From Paramecium tetraurelia (taxonomy: Eukaryota), in the NCBI GenBank assembly GCA_000165425.1, contig CT868019.1, forward strand, positions 372,001 to 436,000: a DNA stretch of 64,000 nt, in the 5' to 3' direction. The translations under genes were made by a program, and so were the position numbers. Positions 42,520 to 55,655 of this stretch are shown here, in pieces (positions within the stretch are counted from its first letter, which is position 1; every line of letters begins with the position of its first letter). Below the pieces are notes generated by a model that was given only the letters and a program-made list of their open reading frames with translations, was not told where the DNA came from and made no database searches.

Positions 42520-43349
42520 TCAAATCTTTAATTTGACTTTTCCATTTTCCAATTTTACTTAATCTTTCTCTTCCTGTTCTTATAAAAATACATCATCTTA
42601 CAACACTTTCACTTATTCTCCATCTTTGAATGCAGGCAATCCTAAAATCTTTATATTATTAATACCTCTGTATGGGCAATTTGCACATCTAAACGCATCA
42701 CCTAGATAACAACTACCACAACCTTTGATTGAATTATTTTTTAATTATTCTAATAACTATTCTTTATCTTATTTCTCTCTAAATTTAATATCATATTTAT
42801 TTATACTCCATTTCTTTTCTTCCACAAGTGCAATTAGCACATGCTCTAGGCTTAGATGCACAACTTTCTACTTATTTTACTTAAACACCATCATCTAATA
42901 ATTCGTTCTCATCAATAATTTCTTATTTGCCATTGATATCTACTTATTTGAAAAAATTGATTTGATTTTGGAATTTCTACTCAATGTAATCATATTTTCC
43001 ATAACAATTATTGAATTCTTGTTGTGGAATATTCAGTTTCTTAATTTATAATACTTATTTTATAAATTTCCCTTGACCTTAATTATATAATCCACTGGCT
43101 TAAAAGTATGTTATAACTGACTCATTGATCTCTCCTTCATATATTAAAACTCCCTCTTATTTATAGGTTTAATAATTTACGATCTTTTAATATCTATGAG
43201 ATCTGAACAGCATCTTTGAGTGTTAATAATTAATCACATTCAATCTTATTGAATGTATTATCTCTAAAGAATTATATTAAGTTTAAATTAGCTATAATTA
43301 GTGAATCACTTATTGAGGCTTGTTAATTAATTGTGATTTTAAGGTTCAT
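42520..43349 (-). CDS. DRE2: Anamorsin/Dre2 Fe-S cluster assembly protein
   Basis: [10 protein letters not shown] and [26 protein letters not shown]. Confidence 0.95.
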
Positions 43350-43368
43350 TAATAATATTTTAAATTAA

Positions 43369-45256
43369 ATGCCAAAAGTAGTAGATAGCTATGTGCTTGA
43401 GAGAAGTATAGGAAAGGGGCAATTTGGAGAAGTGTTCAAAGGATATAATAAGCAAACAAATGTGGACATAGCGGTGAAATGCGTAAAGAGGTGTTGAGTA
43501 TTTCAAATATTTAGGGAACTGCTGAAAGGGAAGTTTACGGAGTTGTTAGAAAATGAAATAAAAGTGCTGAGGACTTGCAATAATGATAACATCATAAAGC
43601 TATATGATATAAAGAAGACTGCCAACAACATATATCTAATAATGGAATACTGCAATGAAGGTGATCTTTCATGTATTAATAATTGTCATTTAAATGTAGA
43701 GTACATTAAACAAAAGAAATTTTTGCTGGAAGAAGAAGCAGTTGATTACTTGCTTTAAATTCTAAACGGATTTAAAACACTCGTGAAGAATAAGATTATG
43801 CACAGAGACTTCAAATTGGCAAATATCCTAAAGCATGATGGCAATATTAAAATAGCTGATTTTGGATTCTCCAAACTTTTGAATGACAACCAAGGATTAG
43901 CCACCACCATGCTCGGATCTCCACTCAACATGGCTCCAGAAGTGCTCAATAATCAAGAATATGACAGTAAAGCAGATATTTGGTCAATTGGTACCTGTTT
44001 TTATGAACTATTATTCGGGAAATCGCCATTTACAGCCACAAACATGGTTGAGTTGCTCAAGAACATATAAACTAAATAGTTTGTTATCAATAGGAAGGTT
44101 AACAATATAACTCCTACTGCAGAGGATCTATTAAGAAAAATGCTTGTAGTAAATCCTAAAAATAGAATATCTTGGGATGATCTTTTTAAGCACGAAATCA
44201 ATTTCTATCAGGAAGAAAAGTTAAAGAAAGATCTGGAAACCACACTCAAAGGAGGAGAGTTAATGATGAATATGAGTAAATTTTACATCAAAAACAATAT
44301 GGTCATTGATCATCCAGCTGAAATCAAGAAAAAGGAAGATTTAAACAATTTCGCCATGTAAGTAGCTCAAAAGGGACCTCAGAATCAATAATAACAATAT
44401 GTTGGACCACTATTAAAGAAACCCTAAGAGGAGAATAATCTTGCCAGATAGGATTCAGCCAAAACTGTTTAGAGCACTTAAGGACCAGTTTAAGATATTG
44501 GAAATGAGGAAGTCACTGATAAGGAAACATAAAGAGAAAAAGAAATCAAGGCCAAAAAACGAAATGCCAATAGGATTTTACATGAAAGAAATATATATGT
44601 TTTTCTTGCATCTGTTGCTGAAGAAGCCATGAACAATATGGCTATTCAAAACTATGATGTCACAGGATTCTTGTTAGTCAAAAAGTTGTTGCAATTAATT
44701 GATTTCCTCAAAACAATTCTATAAGACAAATAAAATTATTATCAATTGGAGTATATAATTAATGTTATTTACATCCTAGGTTTTGGGAATAGTTCACCTA
44801 AAGTAAGGATTATAAAGATATCCACACATACATTTCAAAAGAATTTGATGTTTTCAAATCCTACTTTGATTCAATCTATGAAAAAATCAGCATTCAAATT
44901 CAATAGAGACCAAAAATGGATGAGGCCATCAAATAAGCTATTAACAGCAATTTCAAATAGAACAATCAATAAATATTAGTCAAATGCTTGATAGATTACT
45001 CAAAGTTATTGATTGAAACTCTTAAAAAAACAAAACCTTAAGATCAAGTAATTTAAAATATATATTTAAGAATCGATAATAATGGATTCATGCTGATAGA
45101 GTTTTAGACTGCATTAAATTAGAAGAAACCTTCTAATTTGATGACAGACTTACGAACCAGCAATTTAATTTTAAATAATATTATGAAAATGACAATTTAT
45201 TAGAAATGGAAGCCCTCTAGAAAAAGGTGCTATAGAAGTTTGAGAAACTAAAGTGA
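43369..45256 (+). CDS. ULK/Atg1-like Ser/Thr protein kinase
   Basis: IGKGQFGEV, IAVK, IMEYCNEGDL, HRDFKLAN, IADFGFSK, LGSPLNMAPE. Confidence 0.92.
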
Positions 45257-46131
45257 ATTATTATCTGATCAACGAATATAATAATTATTATATTATCAAT
45301 TTATTAATATATATATAAATTGATGCCTAATAATCCCATAGACCATTTTCTTTAATTGATTTATCATCAACTTCTTAAGTATAATTTATTCATTTAGACT
45401 CTCCTTCCTGCCTTAAAGGAATAAACACATTTTCAATAAATAAGTAGTATATATATGTAAACATTTTTAAAAATTTGTAAATTTATGGAGGAACTTATTT
45501 TCAAATTTTTTGACTAATATTGAAAAAGATAAGCTATTTAATGAGTTATCTTTATTGATAAAAAAAAGATGCTAAAAATAAACATAATTAATTGATCATT
45601 GAAAAATAGCACTTCCAGGAATATTAAAGGAGAAATGAAAATCTATAGATAAAATGCTATCTAGTAGACATCTTACTTCATTTTAGAAACTAATATCATA
45701 AATAGAATAGATGACATTATTGTTGTCAAGTTGCTAAGAAAAAAATGAAGAATTTCCTTACTGAAATTTAGTTAACAATTAGTGTAAAATCAAATTAAGT
45801 ATTAAGTTTTTAAAGTAAACAGTTTATGGAAGTATCTTTTTAGAAAAGTTAAGTTGGTTTATTATATAATATAAAAGCTATTCATTGCCATTCTATTAGA
45901 TTATTGCATCTAATTTAATCTATCTTATATTGAAGATTAGAATAAAATTAATGTTCTAAATTAAATGGTTTTGAATTTATAAATCTGCAATGACTATTTT
46001 ATAATTATGTTACTACCACATATATTCATAAATTTGATGAATATAAAATAGTCATATAATATTTATTAATTTATTGTTATTTTAAAAAATTTAAATTTTA
46101 AGTAATATAATTTAAAATCAAATAATATTTA

Positions 46132-47475
46132 ATGTAAAGAACTGATGTTTTGGCCAATAGAACAGGCATTTTAATTGCTTTTTTAGCATTTTGTGTTTTG
46201 ATTGCCATATTTGGAAGACAATCACCGGAGGATAAAACAATTTCAGAGCGCTTTGAACCCGAAGTGACAGAATCAGAAATTCAATATTATTTAGAAAATG
46301 ATATCAACTTTAACTCTAGCGATTAATTTGGGATTCAGACAATACAAGATTGGTTACCTATTTAATCGGAATTAGCACAATTGAATTTGGCATTAGAGTA
46401 TTTTTCGCGCTTAAATTTGGACAAAATATTAGATAAACATCTTGGTTTAGAGGAAAAAGTAAATAAATGTTTGGATTTACAATTGAATTAAGAATTAGAA
46501 AAATATGTGAATGACATAAATTCAACCTCAATAAATAATACTATTAATTAGGATGCTCTATTGAATTATAATGTTCTTTTTGAAAAAAAAATACAATTGA
46601 ATGAAGCGATATTTTAGAAAAAAACTTAATTAGACAGATTAACTGCTGAAGAAAAGTAATTGAAATAGGAATGTACTCAATATGAGTTGAGTAAATTAGA
46701 AACTATCACACTGGAAAGTAAAATTAAACAATTTGACAAGTGTGCTTAAGATGTAAATAATTTGGAATCATAAATAATTGAACTGAATCTATTAATTTAA
46801 TAGCAGTTATAGGAATAAGGGGATAAAGAAGATTTAACTAAGGAATATTAAAGAGATTAAGAATTAGCTAAGAATATGAGCAGATTATTTAAACCCACTG
46901 AAACTAAAAAGTCAGTAGAAATTCATGATGCCAAATTAGAAGGAATTCTTAATGTCTTAGATTATAACATGAAATAGTATAATACTACTGAGGTATTTCT
47001 CAATGGTTTGAATTTCCACCCTGAAATCTAAAAAAATTATATAGAAGAAATCCAATAAAAATATATTAGATTTTAGAGCTAAAGAGAATAAAAATAAAAG
47101 GAAAAAAATAATTTGTAAAAAGAAATTGATTACTTGCAATAATAAAGGAAGGAAAAAAATGAGACTTATCTGACTGCAGTTAAGAGATTAGAGGAAATAA
47201 GAGCGAAGAAGAATGAGTTAAATGCTTAAACCTAAGATGAAAAAAGAGAGTTGGATTAGGTTCTTTATGAATTGAAGAATTACAATCCACAAAGTAACCT
47301 TTAAAGTAATGAATAATTGGATGCATAAAAGAAATTTAAAGGTAATTAATTGTAATTTAGTATATAGAATATTTATATTAGCATTTGCAAGAGGACTAAT
47401 TGTGTGTTGAAAAATGTATTGAATACGATTCTCTAAATCAATAAATTAATATTGGAAGATATAGAATTTCGTTGA
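46132..47475 (+). CDS. Coiled-coil protein with an N-terminal signal anchor
   Basis: Hydrophobic GILIAFLAFCVLIAIFG followed by long Q/E/K heptads; one intron near the 3' end. Confidence 0.75.
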
Positions 47476-47586
47476 AATCAATCTAAAAACATTTCTCATC
47501 TTTGGAATTAAAATTTAAAGAATTCAAAATTTGAAATTTGAAATTTTTTATTAAAGATATACATAAATATTGATGTCAATCTTACA

Positions 47587-49320
47587 TCAAACTAAACTTT
47601 AAAGCAATTTATTTTTTTTATCAATTTAAATTTATTGTGCAGTTTGTTGTCCTTTAATAGAACTCTATCTACCCAATGGTCTTCCTTTGAATTCACCTTA
47701 ATCAGTATTTCCATCTGAATCTGTTGGTTTGACTTCCTTGTTGGTATCTTCCGAATGTATTTTTAAGACCTTCTCTTCTTCTTGAGGGTATTAGGATAGC
47801 AACTCAGAATTGTCTTTCTTCATTTTTCCGAGCATTGATGGATCCTCTTGTAGTTTTGTAGAGATAGTCTTTCTTTATAACACTTCTCCAATATTAATTT
47901 TCTCTTCTTAGAGCAAAGCTTATTTGGCTTTGGTGACAGACTCTTTTGACATTGGAATAATTGAATTGGTATTAGTGTTTCCTTTTCTTAGATCAGTGGC
48001 TTAAGATATAGTAAATAAATGAAATACCAAGTTGTCTCAAAGCAAATAATGAGGTTTCCTGTTCTTAAGTCAAACCCAAGAAGTTAGCCTATTTATTAAC
48101 AATTCTGGGAGTTCCCAAACATAAAGTCCTTTCTTTATCACTCATTTAACTTAACACATTATTCATTCTATTTCCACCAATAGTTTTTTCGAACATTTAT
48201 TTGTTTTTTTCAATCTATTCCTGTTTATCTGTTGATTCAATCTTTCCATTTTTTGTATTTTTTTAGATAACATTTAAAATGTTTCCATACTCAATTGAAT
48301 ATTTCTTACATATTTTATCCTAGAATTCTACAAATTCATCATCTTCTTTCATCTATTGAACTTTTTCCACTATGGTTTTGTATATCATTTTCTTAGCCAA
48401 AAAACCTGCTCTCAAAGATTGTATACAATCATCTGGCATTTTACTTACATCTTCTGCTTATAATTAATAAAGCTAATATTTATTATGTATTTTCTTACAG
48501 TTGATTCGCATATAGATATACTTCCATACTCAGATCCTTGATCAAATAATAATTTTTATTCATTGAACACTCCAACATTTTGAATACATCCAACTATTAT
48601 GAAGTTATGACTTTTTGTGGAAGTAAAAATTAATGTTGTGCCTTTTGTCTAAAAGTATAAACTTGCTGTTCCTCCTTCTGGAACTGTCATTATGCTGCCA
48701 AACTTTTTTTTGGTTTCTTTAAATAATGGCAACAGGGCCTATTTTTTTTAAATATCTAAAGATCTGATCGGAATGCAACGTTGCAAATTTTGAGACTTTA
48801 TTTCCAATTCTTACATTTCGGCACTCTATTTAATTTGTGTTATTGAATACATTTTTAAAAGAGTTGTATAATTATCTATCCACCTAAAATGCAATGGCTC
48901 CTTATCCAAATTCGACTTCTTCATTTGATACTACTTCGCCCTTTTTGTATACTCTCGTCTTTGATGTTAATTCACCTGATAATCAATTGATACAATACCT
49001 TCTTAAACAAAGTATATTGGATTCGATCCATCATTACTTGTTGCTATTTTTATATGTTTGATAATCTATTGTTATTATAAATTATGAACTTCATTAATTT
49101 GATCTCCTTTCAGGTTGCTCTCCAACCACATAAATGCTGGTGGCCCACTAAAATTCTTAATACAATGCTTTATATAAACAACATCATCATCTGTCATATT
49201 TGAACCTTAATATAATATCATTCATATGCAAATACCTTGCTCCAATATCTATCGCATCTATTCCTTCCTGATATCATCCCAATTTGTTTTTGTGGTAACC
49301 TAAGACAATTTGTTATACAT
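47587..49320 (-). CDS. Cyclic-nucleotide-binding-domain-like protein
   Basis: TRVYKKGEVVSNEEVEFGQGAI..RQIIQLFLK and LKQGTLF-type CNBD spacing; several introns. Confidence 0.55.
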
Positions 49321-49845
49321 TTTAGCAATAAAATTAATTAATCAAAAATTATAGTAGTTTAAAGATACGCTTTCCCTTGCAATCCAACTTCATTCGAATA
49401 ACTCAATCAAATCTGTCTCCCCTATTACCTAATTATAATTCTGTACGTATGAAAATACTGTATATTACTGATTTTATTAATTAATTAATCACAAGAAACC
49501 TTAATAATAATGAACCATGCTTTATTTATTAATCAAAGAATTCTGAATTAAACCCTATTCATTCAACAAAATAAATGTCTATGAGTTTAAAATCCTGATT
49601 TCAGTAAACTAATCAGATTGATTTTTATGTCAAATCATTAACAAAATGACAAAGATTTGAAATAGGCAACAAATATTAAAGTTTTATACAAATTCATATA
49701 CTGTAATTGAGATCCCTGTTTTATTGAAGTGCTTATCTTAAAATCAAAATCTTGTGAAAAAAATCATTTCTAAATTAGAGGTACTAAATAAAAATTTATT
49801 AATAAAATTAATCTGTTAATTAAAGCAAAATATCCATATTTGCAA

Positions 49846-50223
49846 ATGTCAACCAAAGTCAAAATTTCAAAAAGAGGACAACAATATGAATTATCTTAAA
49901 AAGAAAACTATAATCCATTTAGTAATTTATCACTTTGTCCTAAATCAATTATTGCCTTAGCTCAATCATCATATGATCCATAGCTTATAGAATTTACCCT
50001 TAATCAGCTTAAAACACCATGTAGCTCAAAACACTCAACTCATTTGGATAGAATGAGATAAATCGCAGATAAATAAGAGACTTTCGTACATGGATCAATC
50101 AGCACTAATAGTCAAATAGAAACTGTAATATAATATAGTGATCATTCATTTTATGACTAAATGGAAACAAGTCACAGAAAAAATAGTTTGCATTATTTTG
50201 ATGAATCTTATTAACACTTTTGA
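49846..50223 (+). CDS. Small hypothetical protein
   Basis: Intronless table-6 ORF of about 125 codons, ATG to TGA. Confidence 0.6.
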
Positions 50224-50562
50224 TTTTAGTTATTATAAATAATGTATTATTTTATAAATTACTTCTTAAGAAGATTTACTCATGCAATCAAGTTTTCAAA
50301 TTGAAAACATAAGTGAAATACTAAAGAAGTGAGAAAATACAATTGAGCAGAGAGATCCTAAAAATAGTAAACCAAAATTTAGTTACAGTGATATTTTCTT
50401 ATAAGTAAAAACAAATTAAAAATATAATTATACTAGTGAAACAAATACTATAACACATTTCTAAACACATTAGAGTTCTTTGAGAATTTACTTAAATGCA
50501 ATAATAATAATTGAAAATTTCCATAAATTAGGAAATGTGAATAAATCAAATAATTTGAAATT

Positions 50563-51229
50563 TCATTAGATTTAACTTTAAAGAACTAATAGTTTTCTAC
50601 CATTCATAATGATGTTAAGTAATTCAAATAATCTCATATCTCCATCTAACCTTTGAGTTTTTATTTTACCAATAAGCATGGATAGGTAAGGTTCATCTAA
50701 TTCTTAAATAGATATATAAATATGCTATACTGTTTTTTGTAAGATCATGAAATTATTTTGCCAAATACTCAGATAATTGTTTGATGGTATTGAAACATGA
50801 AAACTTAGAGATTGAAAAGTTGAACTCATATTCGTAATCTGGTTTCAAAACTATGATTGCTACATTGCTGTATTCATCCTAAATGAATATAGATATAAGT
50901 ATACTATTTGTTATTAGTTACATTTTTAGATTCTTTCCCAAATTTTTAATTATAATAAATTCATTCCTAAGTGTAAATTTGGACTATTTATATATAAAGT
51001 ACAGTAATTACTTTTGAATACTTTTAATATTTTCAATTAATATCGATTAATCAATAATATCCTTCAAAAGTATTGAACTTTTTTTCCTTGATGTTCTAAC
51101 TTCGAAACTTTGTTGTTTGAGAAATGCACTCTGGCCTTATTCAATAATTTTAGAAGTGGAAGAGGCTTTTTTTAAGATGGAATAATCTTTAAAGCTTTTG
51201 GATTTCCCTGTTTTGACCAATTAATGCAT
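50563..51229 (-). CDS. Hypothetical protein
   Basis: ORF MHQLVKTGKSKSF... with short introns. Confidence 0.55.
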
Positions 51230-51362
51230 TTCTTGACAAAAAGGAATTAAAAAAATTAATAGTGAAATAAATTTAGTTGTTTTAATAATTATGTATTCTT
51301 TAAGAATAAAATGTTGCAAAAATTAATAAACGATAAATAATTATACAATATTAAATAATACT

Positions 51363-52680
51363 TCATTGAGGCTATAATGATTGACCATTTTTACTATCCA
51401 GAAATTGTTAAGTAGCATCATTTAATGGATCGACTGAAAATATAGAGGAGATATTTTACCTTAAGAGCCTTCATCTAGAAACTTCAACTTGATGGTTCCA
51501 TTGTAGATTAGATTTCCAGTAACTAAAACAAAGAACCCAAGTAATTCTAGAACAATAGCCTCCCATCTTGTGTTCTCCCATTTGGCCTCTGGATCTATCC
51601 AAGTGATAGCCAATGAAACAGCCCAAATGATTAATGTTCTTGAAACATCGACAAGGGATCTAATTAATCAAAAGAATCTTTACCTGGCCAAGGAAGACAC
51701 ATACTTAGTAACTGAAACACCGCAGATATTGAATGTAGCTATTGTGAATATACCCAAAATAACCCAGAAGAGTAATAAGCCATTAGCAAAGATTTGCAAG
51801 AAGTACAAATCAGCCCTTTCAAAGTAAAACATATCTGTCATTCTTTTTTAGATGCAGCTATTTTCCATAGAACCTGGACATTAGATAAAAGTCAATGCTA
51901 TTGCCAAAACTATGTAGACTGAAAAACCCCACAATCCTTCAATGCCTACGATTTCAAAAGGATGCAAATAGTAAACATCAAAGAGTTTCTCCTCAGACAC
52001 AAATTAGAGTCCGTTCATCACAACTGATAATAACAATAATCCAACTGATATAAAATAGGCAGCTCCAATTTCAGATTTTGAATCCGAATCATCATTGTTG
52101 TCCTTCTTGGGTGGAAATAAAAATGAACTCATTCCCACTAAAGTAATACCCACCAAGACGAAAAAGCATCCAAACCATTAGTACTTTTTAATATGTCTCT
52201 TTAAGAAACATGTGGACATAATTGCAGTTGAGATGATTGCTCCTCCTCTCAACATCTGATAAATGGATGGGGGGATGTAATTCAAGGATATATAAGCCAA
52301 TGTCGAGGCAGTTAAATCACACATGGCTGGAATAGCCACCCAACCGTAATTGACTTTTGTTTTCAACCTATTATACATAAAATTTCTATATATACCCTTT
52401 AGCTGCTGCTTCAATACATCCTTATTTGTAATCTGGCTTCTTCTTGATATTCAAAAATAGTAATATGCACAAAGACTCACCCAAAAACATAGTGACTGCT
52501 TGCATAAAGGGATGGTTGAAATTTGATGCAGCCCATCCATCAACTGTAACTTTACTTGTATTTTATAATTTATAGACTAATGATATACATCATCAAACTA
52601 GTACCTATTGTATTAGCTGCTCCCGAGAGAATCATGGCAGTGATCAGAAGTGTAATGAATGACGATGATTTATCTCCCAT
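51363..52680 (-). CDS. SLC35F6-like drug/metabolite (nucleotide-sugar) transporter
   Basis: FNHPFMQAVTMFLGE, IPAMCDLTASTL, SIYQMLRG, LHPFEIVGIEGLWG. Confidence 0.88.
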
Positions 52681-52906
52681 TTAATTAATAAAATGAATTA
52701 AATCACCATTGAAAAATAATATTTACACAAAAATTTAACCAATATGGCATTTTGCATAATATTTTAAGTGTCTAAGATATATATATATATCCTTAAGAAT
52801 TAAAAAAAGATATTGACTATTTTATTACAATTTAGTTTAGAATTAAGACTATGGTAAAAAATGAAGACCTATAATATTTGCTAAAGTATAATAGTTATAT
52901 TCATTA

Positions 52907-53449
52907 ATCATTTAAAGATTATTTTTATTATTCCTAAGGATATAGCTATAAATGGAATTATCAATAGAAAATAAGTCTATAAATAGTATAGACATATTTA
53001 CTCTTAGATTTATTCGATCGATGAAATTGTTCAACATATCAGCTATGATCCCACTCAATTCGATTCCTCTTTGCAATTCCCAATCCACATTTATACATAA
53101 TTCCAATTCTCTGCAAAAGATCTTTTATGCCGGCAATTGTAGAAAACATTTTTATTTCTCATAATCTAAAATACATCCCTAAATTAAATGATTTATGAAC
53201 TTTTCGCTTTTACTCCAGTTGCTATTACTGGATGTTAAGTTTGCCTTGTATATCCACGTAGATCACAAATGAAATGACGACCCCCAACAATAAAAATATT
53301 AATGACCCGAAATTAATCTTTTAAACTTTCACAAATTTCACTTCATCTGTCTGGGTAGCTTTATCCACAAGAATCTTTTAGGGTTTTCCTTCTACTATTT
53401 CGGGTTAGCTTATTGTTTCAATAGACATATTTGATAATCCCTTATCCAT
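52907..53449 (-). CDS. Brr6/Brl1-like nuclear envelope protein
   Basis: TM, then DIQGKL..CILDYEKQKCFLQLPAQKIFCRELELCIN..IIADMLNNFIDRINLRT, then TM, after removing 22- and 25-nt introns. Confidence 0.7.
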
Positions 53450-53767
53450 AAAACTTAATAATTACTTAGTTATTAGTTAATTAGTAAAAGTGAATGTAAG
53501 ATAAATAATTTATAAATGTGATGAAACTAAGAAACCAAGTCTCAAAACTAAAACGTTATTATTGTTGACTGACTGACAAATCTAGCCATGATTTGGTTCT
53601 GAATTCTGTTTTTCAATTAAATTGTACTTGCTTTAAGTATTACAAATCAAATGATTTGTTAATATTTAAGCAACAAGAATTTCTACAAAAATATTATAAG
53701 ATAGGCATATATCATCATTACAGGGAAAGTGTTAAAAGAAAAAAATTATTATATGAAAATAATTGGA

Positions 53768-54185
53768 TCATGGGACTTTATTCTTCTTTGATGACAAAAA
53801 TCTAAATACGGAAAATCCGAGGTTCTCGCTCTAACTCCTGATTCTAATATCCTTAATATTAGTTTTTTGTATACATGCTCTATGAGTGCTTTTTAACAAG
53901 GAATATGATTAGCAGCTCTTGGTTTCTCATCAGTTTCTGATTCTTCGAAAATGACATCCTCTGGAGAGTAAACAGTCAGTTTTTATTATTGTATTTTTGG
54001 CCCTTTTGGAGGCTCAAGGCTCAAGGGATCAAGCATTAAGGGAGACTCTTTTGGTCTTTGTATTTTTAAAACAAATACTTAATATGAGGTTTAGGAGGTG
54101 GTTTATCATAAGCATCCAAATATTCCTAGTAAGTCATGGAGGAATTGTATCTCTATCGAATTTCTTAAGTGTAAAGATTATCCAT
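53768..54185 (-). CDS. Small hypothetical protein
   Basis: MDNLYTQEIR... restored by two 23-nt introns. Confidence 0.65.
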
Positions 54186-54222
54186 AATTTTTAAATATAA
54201 ATAATAAAATCTAAATAAATAC

Positions 54223-55587
54223 TCATTATTTATTTATTCCTTCTGGGGGTATGAATTCCACTTCATCCAACGCATAATAAAATAAAACACAAGGATAAAA
54301 CTCATGATCGGATTTCGGAATGTCAAGTTTGAATGTTGTGCTAGACTGACATAGAATAACATTTAACCTTTTGTTTATGGAATGTAATGGTTTCGTTTTT
54401 TGGGTCAAAAGTGCAAACAATGACATCCCCCTTTCCAAACTTGAAGCATTTAACCACATTATTTAGATTAGAAGTAGTACTGGACCAAACACCGCCATTT
54501 GATGACACCATGTATGCACCATGTCCAAGTGATTGAAATGCAAATCCGAATTACTTGCTTTACACTATTGATAAATCACATACTCCAACTGCGATCCAAT
54601 TGCTTTAATGAACAAACTAGATATTGTTTAGGAATCATAATCTTACATTCAATTTGAACCCAAAAACAGTTGTCTGATTTTTGTCTAAAGATGGAGTCAT
54701 CACTGCGAACTTGTATCCATGATTTGAGTTGCTTGCTTTAAACACACATATATATAGAATATACCTTTTACAATCTTTGGCTGTATTATATCAACCTAGG
54801 GATGTTTGTTGTTTGGTAGAAATTAGAAAAGATAAGATTTCTAGAATATTGTTGCTTATGTCTTTGATTATAAGAGATCTATCTACTACTATATGCCTTA
54901 ATTAAATTGTTTTTCCAATTATGATAGGTGATCCTTTTGATCCTTCATATGAAAATCGAAAATTCTATTGATTTCTTCGTAATTGAGATCTTTTTCTGGA
55001 ATTTCCTATACAACTAAAGCATCAAGCAAATTCTTGACTGAGCTACTCAGCATTTCAACATTAGTTTGATTTTAAATGATTGTTTCAATGACTGCATCTG
55101 GATCTCATTAATGTGGATAATTACATTGATTGCCAGTGCTGAAATCTCTCATTTTCACAAATTTGCGTAAATTTTCGAAGAATTCCTTTTCTAAGGTGAC
55201 AATTTTAGATAATTTATTGTTGATTTGTTCTTTAAACTCTTAAATGTATATCAATTGTTTTTCTTCTTATTCATTAATCTTCTTGATTAGGATATCCTTC
55301 TCGCTTTATTTTAAAGAGATATTTTAATACTCTCTAAAATGTTATAAAAGAAAATACCTCAATTATTAATCATATTCACACAACAAGAGTTTTAATGGTT
55401 TTAATTGATGTCCCTTATGAAATTCTTCTTAACAAATACAACAACATAAAATTTGGCTTTGTAAACAATCTTTTTCCAGACAAATCAAACTCATAGCTTC
55501 TCCACTGTGATCACCTCCAAAAGGACATTGTGGATATTAAAGACTCGAAAACTTTTTGATGTTAAATTTGTCATCTGGCTTATTCAT
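54223..55587 (-). CDS. Protein with a B-box-like module, coiled coil and SPRY/B30.2-like domain
   Basis: CPFGGDH..ICLEKDC..CCICQEEFHKGH; WIAVGVC..GHGAYMVSSNG..FGKGDVIVC..FYPCV; start codon uncertain. Confidence 0.78.
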
Positions 55588-55655
55588 TTGTTTATATGTC
55601 TTTACCATATTTTGTACCCATTATTTCATTTTTTTAATTTAAAAATAAATACTCA

